From Tubiluchus corallicola (Eukaryota > Animalia > Priapulida): a stretch of 55,804 bases of DNA. Below are positions 28,301 through 40,300 of this stretch, piece by piece. The position numbers and the translations under genes are program-made. Within the stretch, counting starts at the first letter, position 1; each line of letters opens with the position of its first letter. The stretch covers positions 1 through 55,804 of the forward strand of contig JAQGDQ010001201.1 in assembly GCA_030141605.1 (NCBI GenBank), written 5' to 3'. The notes under the pieces were generated by a model. That model made no database searches. It was not told the DNA's origin and was given only the letters and a program-made list of their open reading frames with translations.

Positions 28301-31300
28301 ACAACACGGCCTACCAACTGTACAATAATTTCTTTATCCTCACAGGTTAACTATTTTAAAGTAATACACATTATAGTATATAGTGCACAGTATATAGTGC
28401 AATGTGTATAGGCCTTATTAAGGTGATTATTCCTGTATAATATTGACCATATATAGGCATATCGGATTAATCGGACAATCGGCTAAACCGGACCACCCAT
28501 CCCCCCAATTCGTCCAGTTTAACGAGGGTTGACTGTAGTGTCTTTTTGCATAATACGGTTTCAATCGGCAGTCACGCTGTATAAAACGTGTAAATTTAAA
28601 CTCCCGCGATGACCGTTAGACGCAGCCATTTTCACGACAGGTCATTTGAAACAAGTTCTTTGCAACTCGAGTACGACATACGCATAAAAATGCTGTAAAG
28701 TAATACAGTTTTTTAAGGCGATTTTTCTGGAACCTACTTCACACACCTCTTTTCTTGTCCTTGTCTAGGGAAGTTGCAAGTTTAGGGAAAATTTTACTTT
28801 TAAGGAAAAGACAAGACGGTTAGCATGTAGGGTTTATTTTGCTCGTGTCACTTAACCCTTTCAGTCCCAAATTATTTTTTTAATAAGAAAAAATTTTTTG
28901 GCTTGATACTTTTGTTCAGTATGTCCATCTTGTTTACACATAATTATTTTTTTCTACCTGTGCCAGCGTGTTAAATATAGCCTGTATCCCACGGGATACA
29001 TTGGGATTCAATGGAAGCATAAAATGTGCTTCATTTTGCAACTGCTGATAATTTTTTAAAGTATTTAAGACATTTAGCATGCATGCTATGCTGATCTGTA
29101 CAAAGTCGTCTCTAAAGTACTGTACCTTGCGCAGTTTTTTATGCTATGTAGATTTTTTAGTTTGCCATTTTATCACCATTTTTAGTCGATTGTTATTGGC
29201 TTAAAACAAAATAACTATTAACAGATCAAATAAGTGTCAGTTTTAAAATTTTAATAATTTTAAAGGGAGAAAGTATTCTCGTATCCCACGGGATACAACT
29301 GGTATGAAAGGGTTAAGTTTATTTTTACTGTGCTTTAGCTTGTAGATTTATTACTACATTATTTCTTTTCAGCTTGTCAAAACTGGACTGTTTTAGAAGG
29401 TCCACAGTTCACATATACGGAGACTTCGCGGTACGGTCACTCCGCTGTTGCGTACAACAATAGCATGTACATCTATGGAGGATTTACCAGTCACATGTTG
29501 TCCAGTATGATCCGCTTTCAACCAGGTATGCGTCTCCACCCGAGTCAGGGTTGCACTTTTGTGTGTTGCTGATTATCGTATTGGAGGCTAAAAATTGTTA
29601 TTGTTTCCGAAAAATTATCGTATATACCGATAATTATATACCGAAATTTTACGTCCTTCCAAAAAGCAAAGCGTAAGGAGTTTTGGGTGAACTGATGTGC
29701 AATGTGTAAACAATGCGAACAATGTGAACAAGGTGTAAACAATGTAAACAATGTGCAAACAATGTGAGAATGATGTGGACAATGTTTAAACACTGTGAAA
29801 AATGTAAAAACAATACGAACAGTGTGTAAACTAATTAGAATAAGCTTAATTGCTCTGAAGGTTTTTTCCTTGTGGCACTAAAATGCAACAATTCATAAAG
29901 GTACATTCACACTGACTGTGAGGACCGATATTGGTTTTAAAGTGATCTCGTATTTCACGGCAGGAACTTTATGTGATTTTAAGTTTATATTGCCCATCTG
30001 GCCTTGATTGTACCACCCTGTATGTCTAATACAGTTCATGGTAATTCTTACGTACCACCCTGTATATTTAATACATTTCGGCATAATTCTTACGTACCAC
30101 CCTGTACATTTAATACATTGTACGTTTAATGCATTTCAGCATAATTCTTACATACCACCCTGTACATCTAATACATTCCAGCGTAATTCTTACATATCAC
30201 CCTGTACATCTAATACATTCCAGCGTAATTTTTACGTACCATCCTGTACATCTAATACATTCCAGCATAATTCTTACATGCCACCTTGTACATCTAATAC
30301 ATTCCAGCATAGTTCGTACGTACCACCCTGTACATCTAATACATTCCAGCATAGTTCTTACGTACCACCCTGTACATCTAATACATTTCATCGTAATTCT
30401 TACGTACCACCCTGTAGATCTAATACATTTCGGCATAATTCTTACGTACCACCCTGTACATTTAATAGATTTCGGCGTATTTCTTATGTATCACCCTGTA
30501 CATCTAATACATTCCAGCACAATTCTTACGTACCACCCTGTACATCTAATACATTTCATCGTAATTCTTACGTACCACCCTGTACATCTAATACATTTCA
30601 GCATAATTCTTACGTACCACCCTGTACATTTAATAGATTTCGGCGTATTTCTTACATATCACCCTGTACATCTAATACATTCCAGCACAATTCTTACGTA
30701 CCACCCTGTACATCTAATACATTCCAGCGTAATTCTTACGTACCACCCTGTACATTTAATACATTGTATGTCTAATGCATTTCAGTACAATTCTTACGTA
30801 CCACCCTGTACATCTAATACATTCCAGCACATTTTACGTACCACCCTGTACATCTAATACATTTCATCGTAATTTACGTACCACCTGTACATCTAATACA
30901 TTTCAGCATAATTTTACGTACCACCTGTACATTTAATAGATTTCGGCGTATTTCTTACATATCACCCTGTACATCTAATACATTCCAGCACAATTCTTAC
31001 GTACCACCCTGTACATCTAATACATTCCAGCGTAATTCTTACGTACCACCCTGTACATTTAATACATTGTATGTCTAATGCATTTCAGTACAATTCTTAC
31101 GTACCACCCTGTACATCTAATACATTCCAGCACAATTCTTACGTACCACCCTGTACATCTAATACATTTCATCGTAATTCTTACGTACCACCCTGTACAT
31201 CTAATACATTTCAGCATAATTCTTACGTACCACCCTGTACATTTAATAGATTTCGGCGTATTTCTTACATATCACCCTGTACATCTAATACATTCCAGCA

Positions 31301-34300
31301 CAATTCTTACGTACCACCCTGTACATCTAATACATTCCAGCGTAATTCTTACGTACCACCCTGTACATTTAATACATTGTATGTCTAATGCATTTCAGTA
31401 CAATTCTTACGTACCACCCTGTACATCTAATACATTCCAGCACAATTCTTACGTACCACCCTGTACATCTAATACATTTCATCGTAATTCTTACGTACCA
31501 CCCTGTACATCTAATACATTTCAGCATAATTCTTACGTACCACCCTGTACATTTAATAGATTTCGGCGTATTTCTTACATATCACCCTGTACATCTAATA
31601 CATTCCAGCACAATTCTTACGTACCACCCTGTACATCTAATACATTCCAGCGTAATTCTTACGTACCACCCTGTACATTTAATACATTGTATGTCTAATG
31701 CATTTCAGTACAATTCTTACGTACCACCCTGTACATCTAATACATTTCAGCATAATTCTTACTGTATACAATATCTCTTACTTAATGTGTGTTCTAATGC
31801 AGCACGAATCAATGATGATGTGTGCGAGACAATTTTCAGTAGTATGGTTTGTTTGCCTCTGCGTAAATTTCTGTTCTCGAGGCTGATTGGTGCAGGAAAG
31901 CGACAAACAGACAAACTGCCATACTACTGTCCTTTGCTTGTGGTTAGTCAGGCACGCCTGAGAAACATATGATTTTTCTTTCTTTCGTGTCATTCATACT
32001 AAGAACTCCTTTCTTCTTTCTAGGCGACTGCAAACAGCACACAAACGCAGACGATTGCAGCAGCGCTAAACCCGGCGTCAAGTGCGTTTGGGTGAAGGGA
32101 GAGTGCCGCCCTCTATCGGAGGCGAAAAACGTTTCACCGGTCGACTACTGTCCGCCGAGAAGTAAGCTTTACAATACTACTTCGAATTTGAAACAGAAAT
32201 TGCACATCCAACAGTTTTGTGTTTCTTTTTTGATGAGCATGTTGTTCACACTTTGGCTACGGAGATTAAAACTGATTTTGGGTTTCGACAGGTGTGAAAG
32301 GACCAAGAGTGATTTTTCAACTTCATTAACCCTTTCAGTCCCAAATTATTTTTTTAATAAGCAAAAATTTTTTGGCTTGGTACTTTTGTTCAGTATGTCC
32401 AACTTGTTTGCACATAATAATTATTTTTTCCTACCTGTGCCCGCGTGCTAAATATAGCCTGTATCCCACGGGATACATTGGGATTCAATGGAAGCATAAA
32501 ATGTGCTTCATTTTGCAACTGCTGATAATTTTTTAAAGTATTTAAGACATTTAGTATGCATGCTATGCTGATCTGTACAAAGTCGTCTCTAAAGTACTGT
32601 ACCTTGCACAGTTTTTTATGCTATGTAGATTTTCTAGTTTGCCATTTTATCACCATTTTTAGTCTATTGTTATTGGCTTAAATCAAAATAACTATTAACA
32701 GATCAAATAACTGTCAGTTTTAAATTTTATTAATTTTAAAGGCAGAAAATATTCTCGTATCTCACGGGATACAACGGGTATGAAAGAGTTAACTAGATCT
32801 ATCAATCTAAATGAGCTTCTTTAAAGCTTTTATAGCTGTTAACTTTTCTAGCGGCTCCTACGTATTTTATTACAACTCGTAATTCGTTATTGCGAACAGT
32901 TACGTTTTTGGCTACAGTTTATTGATTTTTTTTGCAGCTTCGCACGAAGACTGGTGCCAGGGTCTGCAGACGTGTCCAAGTTGCATAGAGAACAATTACG
33001 GCTGCGCTTGGTGCTCGGAGATGTGCTACGGTGCCTCTTTCTGTAAAAATCAGTCAAAGGTAAAACATTGCCTGCTGCATTTTAAGCAAACGTGTTTTAA
33101 AGAAATGTTACGCATCCTTAAGTTTGGTTTCCGTTTTACACTGTAACGTCGTGTAGTTCAAAAGTGGTTAAGCTTTCAGGTGAAATCTTGTCCCTTCTGT
33201 AGGTTATGTGGAAGTGGTTATGTATTTTGCGTTTGTGACCTTTGACCTGTTATGAACTTTGACCTTTGACGTGCTTCTGATGTTGCTTGGTTTGTTACAG
33301 TGTCATCTCTGTTTAGAATATATCTATTTCATCTGTGCTGTTCTACTCAAACAGCGAAAAGAACATATCTATTTCATCAGCGCAGTAAAGACACTCTGTT
33401 TTATCTGTCTGTTTCAAGTAATTGAAAGAATATCTCTTTTTCATCTATTTCAAGTAATTGAAAGAATATCCCTTTTTCATCTGTTTCAAGTACCGTATTT
33501 TCCCATGTATAAGAGACCCTTGTGTATAAGAGACCCCTTCAATTTTTAGGCAAAAATTCTGGAAAAAAGTTTTTTGGTAATGAATAACTTTATTCATCAT
33601 AGAAATCATTAAATTCCTCATCACTCTCATCAAAAATATCAACTGGAGTCAGACCTTCAGCAATTCCAGCCAGTTCATCATCAGAGGAGTCACTCTGCTC
33701 AAAAATGGCATTGTCCTCTTTTGACATTTAAAAAATAATAACTTACCCGGTACATTAATTTTATCATTAGAATTTAGCCATGGAGAAGATTTATTGAAAG
33801 GAAACTATAATTATTCGAAATAAAACAGTTGTAGAGCACTTATTTCTTTAAAATCATTAGTGTCACAATTTATGCATCTTATTGAAAAGACTTACTCCCA
33901 TGTATAAGAGACCCCCTATTTTTAAAGTGAAAATTCTGAGCAAAAAAGGGTCTCTTATACACGGGAAAATACGGTAATTGAAAGAATATCCCTGTTTCAG
34001 GTAGTGTTACAGTCGGACAAATGTCAGCCTCATTACAGCAGTGGGTGTGGCTTACTACACAACTGCCACGCCTGCCTAGCGGAAGAGTCGTGTATGTGGA
34101 GTCTAGCTCAGGAAAACGGTCGTTGCCATTTTAATCAATATGGGTTATCTTCCCCAAGCACGGGTAATTTCATCTTGAAACTTTGTCGAAGGATTTTACT
34201 ATGATATAGTTATTAGCGCAATATAGTCTGATGTAGTAATAAGAAATTTACGGTTAAAAAGTATCTTTTTGCTATTTTACAGACGATGAGAAGAAGTCTT

Positions 34301-37300
34301 TGTCCGTCGAGCAGTCCTGCGCAGAAGTTCCGTGTTCCGTGCACAGGGATTGCTTAAATTGCACATCCGCCGGCAACTGTATGTGGTGTGGTAGCGAACA
34401 TATCTGCTTGTCTAAAAATGCATATCTTGCCAACTTTCCGTATGCCCAGTGTCTAGAGTGGACCACAAATAAACAAAAATGTTTTTGTAAGTTTTTTATC
34501 ACTTTTTTGTTTACAGTTTTGTTTGTTTATTATTATTTTGTTTGTTTATTTTTCGTTACGCGATTACGTGCATTTTTTCTTGCCTGAAGTTCTATTTGAT
34601 TGTGTTGTTGAGAGAAACCGAGCCAATACGAAATCAGCCTGTTCAGGGGAATAGCTAAATGGTTACTATGTGTACTTAGCTTTCATAGTTAAGCAATATT
34701 GAGTCAGGTCAGTAACTGAATGGGTGTTTGCCCGGAGAACCACTCCTGAGCAGTTTTATCTGCTGTATTGGTCATGATATTTAACATAGTTAAGCAATAT
34801 TGAGTCAGGTCAGTAACTGAATGAGTGTTTGCCCGGAGACCCGCTCCTGGGCAGTTTTATCTGCTGTATTGGTCATGATATTTAACATAGTTAAGCAATA
34901 TTGAGTCAGGTCAGTAACTGAATGGGTGTTTGCCCGGAGACCCGCTCCTGGGCAGTTTTATCTGCTGTATTGGTCATGATATTTAACATAGTTAAGCAAT
35001 ATTGAGTCAGGTCAGTAACTGAATGGGTGTTTGCCCGTAGAACCACTCCTGAGCAGTTTTATCTGCTGTATTGGTCATGATATTTAACATAGTTAAGCAA
35101 TATTGAGTCAGGTCAGTAACTGAATGGGTGTTTGCCCGGAGACCCGCTCCTGGGCAGTTTTATCTGCTGTATTGGTCATTATATTTAACATAGTTAAGCA
35201 ATATTGAGTCAGGTCAGTAACTGAATGAGTGTTTGCCCGGAGACCCGCTCCTGGGCAGTTTTATCTGCTGTATTGGTCATGATATTTAACATAGTTAAGC
35301 AATATTGAGTCAGGTCAGTAACTGAATGGGTGTTTGCCCGTAGAACCACTCCTGAGCAGTTTTATCTGCTGTATTGGTCATGATATTTAACATAGTTAAG
35401 CAATATTGAGTCAGGTCAGTAACTGAATGGGTGTTTGCCCGGAGACCCGCTCCTGGGCAGTTTTATCTGCTGTATTGGTCATGATATCTAACATAGTTAA
35501 GCAATATTGAGTCAGGTCAGTAACTGAATGGTGTTTGCCCGGAGACCCGCTCCTGGGCAGTTTTATCTGTATTGGTCATGATATTTAACATAGTTAAGCA
35601 ATATTGAGTCAGGTCAGTAACTGAATGAGTGTTTGCCCGGAGACCCGCTCCTGGGCAGTTTTATCTGCTGTGTTGGTCATGATATTTAACATAGTTAAGC
35701 AATATTGAGTCAGGTCAGTAACTGAATGGGTGTTTGCCCGGAGAACCACTCCTGAGCACTTTTATCTGCTGTATTGGTCATGATATTTAACATAGTTAAG
35801 CAATATTGAGTCAGGTCAGTAACTGAATGGGTGTTTGCCCGGAGAACCGTTGCTGAGCAGTTTTATCTGCTGTATTGGTCATGATATTTAACATAGTTAA
35901 GCAATATTGAGTCAGGTCAGTAACTGAATGAGTGTTTGCCCGGAGACCCGCTCCTGGGCAGTTTTATCTGCTGTATTGGTCATGATATTTAACATAGTTA
36001 AGCAATATTGAGTCAGGTCAGTAACTGAATGGGTGTTTGCCCGGAGACCCGCTGCTGGGCAGTTTTATCTGCTGTATTGGTCATGATATTTAACATAGTT
36101 AAGCAATATTGAGTCAGGTCAGTAACTGAATGAGTGTTTGCCCGGAGACCCGCTCCTGAGCAGTTTTGTCTGCTGTGTTGGTCATGATATTTAACATAGT
36201 TAAGCAATATTGAGTCAGGTCAGTAACTGAATGGTGTTTGCCCGGAGACCCGTTCCTGAGCAGTTTTATCTGCTGTATTGGTCATGATATTTAACATAGT
36301 TAAGCAATATTGAGTCGGTCAGTAACTGAATGGGTGTTTGCCCGGAGACCCGCTCCTGGGCAGTTTTATCTGCTGTGTGGTCATGATATTTAACATAGTT
36401 AAGCAATATTGAGTCAGGTCAGTAACTGAATGGGTGTTTGCCCGGAGACCGCTCCTGGGCAGTTTTATCTGTATTGGTCATGATATTTAACATAGTTAAG
36501 CAATATTGAGTCAGGTCAGTAACTGAATGGGTGTTTGCCCGGAGACCCGCTCCTGAGCAGTTTTATCTGCTGTATTGGTCATGATATCTAACATAGTTAA
36601 GCAATATTGAGTCAGGTCAGTAACTGAATGGGTGTTTGCCCGGAGAACCGTTGCTGAGCAGTTTTATCTGCTGTATTGGTCATGATATTTAACATAGTTA
36701 AGCAATATTGAGTCAGGTCAGTAACTGAATGGGTGTTTGCCCGGAGACCCGCTCCTGGGCAGTTTTATCTGCTGTGTTGGTCATGATATTTAACATAGTT
36801 AAGCAATATTGAGTCAGGTCAGTAACTGAATGGGTGTTTGCCCGGAGAACCGTTGCTGAGCAGTTTTATCTGCTGTGTTGGTCATGATATTTAACATAGT
36901 TAAGCAATATTGAGTCAGGTCAGTAACTGAATGGGTGTTTGCCCGGAGAACCGCTCCTGAGCAGTTTTATCTGCTGTGTTGGTCATGATATTTAACATAG
37001 TTAAGCAATATTGAGTCAGGTCAGTAACTGAATGGGTGTTTGCCCGGAGACCCGCTCCTGGGCAGTTTTATCTGCTGTGTTGGTCATGATATTTAACATA
37101 GTTAAGCAATATTGAGTCAGGTCAGTAACTGAATGGGTGTTTGCCCGGAGACCCGCTCCTGGGCAGTTTTGTCTGCTGTGTTGGTCATGATATTTAACTG
37201 GGTTGATGGGGGATGTAGTAGCCGGTTAGCCCGAGCGCATTCGGTCATGGCTAACCGGTCCAGATTCTTATCCGGAGCATTATCCTTGAGAATGAGAAAG

Positions 37301-40300
37301 GTTCTCGTCCTGCCACACCCCTCTCATTTGAGGTCATTCAGTGGAGTGTTACTTCATGCCTACATATTGGTACATTTACTACATATTGGTTGTTACATAA
37401 ACATAAACTACATGCATACTAGTAGTGACTAATAAAAGAACCTAGGGCATGTGCACAAGCCAGTGGTGAGGTTTCATATTGGAAGAAGAAGAAGAAAACT
37501 CTTCTGGAGGGTAGAGATAGGTTGATATGCTATCTAATTGCAAGTCTTGGCAGATAAGAATTATAGGTAGTTGGTTTTCTTCCCTTTCTTGTTCTGCTGC
37601 GTCGTCCCGTGCTTAAAAAAAGGTGAGGTGATTCAGAAGGAGAGATACAAAGTTCTGGTTGAGTCATTTATTAGCTCAAAAAACATTGACCTGCTTAGGA
37701 TTCGAACCCTGAACCTTTGGATTGGCAGCTATCCATTCCATTTAACACTAGGGTCAAAATAAAATAAACATATTTATACAAGAAGAAACAGTTATCTACA
37801 ATAACTGATATTCGCAGTTAAATGAAAATGCTAATAACATTCGTAAGTTATGTAAGTACACAAGAAACTTGTATGAGTTATTTATGTATGTGCTTACATA
37901 GCAAAAATGTCCATAAGTTTGCAATTAAGATTAGTATTAGTGATAGTGATTGTAATAGTAAGAGCAATAATAATAGTAATAGTAATAGTAATAGTAATAG
38001 TAATAGTAATAGTAATAGTAATAGTAATAGTAATAGTAATAGTAATAGTAATAGTAATAGTAATAGTAATAAGATTAGTATTAGTATTAGTATTAGTATT
38101 AGTATTAGTATTAGTATTAGTGATAGTGATAGTGATAGTAAAAGCAATAGCAATAGCACTAGCAATAGTAATAGCAATAGCAATAGCAATAGCAATAGTA
38201 ATAGCAATAGCAATAGCAATAGCAATAGCAATAGCAATAGCAATAGCAATAGCAATAGCAATAGCAATAGCAATAGCAATAGTAATAGCAATAGCAATAG
38301 CAATAGTAATAGCAATAGCAATAGCAATAACAATAACAATAGTAATAGCAATAGCAATAACAATAGTAATAGCAATAGCAATAGCAATAGCAATAGCAAT
38401 AGTAATAGCAATAGCAATAGCAATAGCAATAGTAATAGCAATAGCAATAGCAATAGCAATAGCAATAGCAATAGCACTAGCAATAGTAATAGCATTAGCA
38501 ATAGCAATAACAATAGTAATAGCAATAGTAATAGCAATAGCAATAGCAATAGTAATAGCAATAGCAATAGCAATAGCAATAGTAATAGCAATAGCAATAG
38601 CAATAGCAATAGCAATAGCAATAGCAATAGCAATAGCAATAGCAATAGCAATAGCATTAGTATTAGTAATTGTGATAGTGAAAGTGATGGTGATGGTTAT
38701 GGTGATAATGATAATGATAGTGATAGTGATAGTGATAGTGATAGTGATAGTGATAGTGATAAGGATAAGGATAAGGATAAGGATAAGGATAAGGATAAGG
38801 ATAAGGATAAGGATCATGATAATATTAATGATAATGATAAGGATAAGGATAAGGATAAGGATAAGGATAAGGATAAGGATAATGATAATGATAATGATAA
38901 TATTAATATTAATAATTTGCCCCCCTCCTGCTAGAAGGCACATTTGGAAAATAAACCCCCAATGGTAAAGGACCGTATCAAGACCTTTCGTTTGATATAC
39001 AGATCACTGAAAATGGTGCCGTCCTAAGAGCTGTAACCTTGAATCTTCTGGAATATATATATATTTATCCAAAAACCGCAGAAATTCTAAAACTAGTATG
39101 TATTAATTCTTAGTGTATTTAAACTAAGCTTTTTAGACTGTCACTACCATCACTTTTCAGTAACTCTCCCTTTATCTTATTTTAGCCTTGGACTGCTCTA
39201 CAATTCCGTCATGTAAAGACTGCCATTCCCACCCCGGCTGTGGGTGGTGCGACGACGACAGCGGTACGGGGAAGGGCATCTGCGTGGAGGGTGGAGACAG
39301 CGGACCTTCCAGTGCGAACACGTGCTCGAAGAAACAGTGGTTTTTCACGAGTTGTCCCGGTACGTCCCGCTTGCACTAGACATCACCTCTGTTTTGCGGT
39401 TCTGATGCAGAGGAATAAATCTGGGAGATTCCTCATGAGCAGAAGATCCCAGGTTCAAATCCAAATCAAATCCATTGTTCCAAGTTTTTCCGCTTAGTAT
39501 GTACACAGTCCGTTGTTTCACAAGCTGACCCCTAGATGGCAGTCCGTGACTGTTTACATCACTACATCAGTGTAACTACATGTATATTTCTATATATAAA
39601 AATATTGAATCAGTTAATGCAGAGTTATTTGAGACAATTGCCCACAGTTTTTATGTACGTTTGCATAGGAGCGATTGATTCTACATTACTGAGTCTAACA
39701 CATGGCGCCTACTGTATTAGCTTGGTATCGGTAAATACAGACATTGGGCAAATTCCGGACCAACGTCTCCCCGCTTTTAACCAGCGAAGCAAGATATGAG
39801 TTTAGTTAAAGTCGGATTTAATTTCGACAGGCAACACAAGTCTGCCATGAGGCTTTCATAATCGATTATAAATAACAATCTACACCTACATAACAGCGAT
39901 TATTATTTTCCAATTTTACCCTAAATACCACGTGCCAGGCAGGGCACCAGCAGGTAGAAATTGACAGAACCCAGCCGCAGTATCGAACTCACGACCTTCC
40001 AGAAAGTTCAATACTTCTACAGCTGATAGCGCGGTTAAATATTTTTCACTACAGTATGTTATTGTTTACCTCACCTTTACTTGTTTACATTGTTTACCAT
40101 ATTAACTGTATGTATGTATGTATGTATATTTTTTGTACTTTGCAGACTGTCAGTGCAACGGTCACAGTTTATGCAACAATGAGAGCGTCTGTATCAACTG
40201 CACTTATCCCACGGAAGGTGATCACTGCGAAACGTGTCATCCGGGTTACTACGGGCATCCACTGAACGGCGCCAGTTGTAGCGGTAATTTGTGTAGCATT

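Noticed and set aside
30008-31972. 194-255 aa repetitive ORFs
   Set aside because: 42-bp minisatellite with a period divisible by 3 in intron 10.
37822-38968. 259-370 aa ORFs (poly-SN, poly-L, poly-IA)
   Set aside because: Translations of a hexamer microsatellite inside intron 14.
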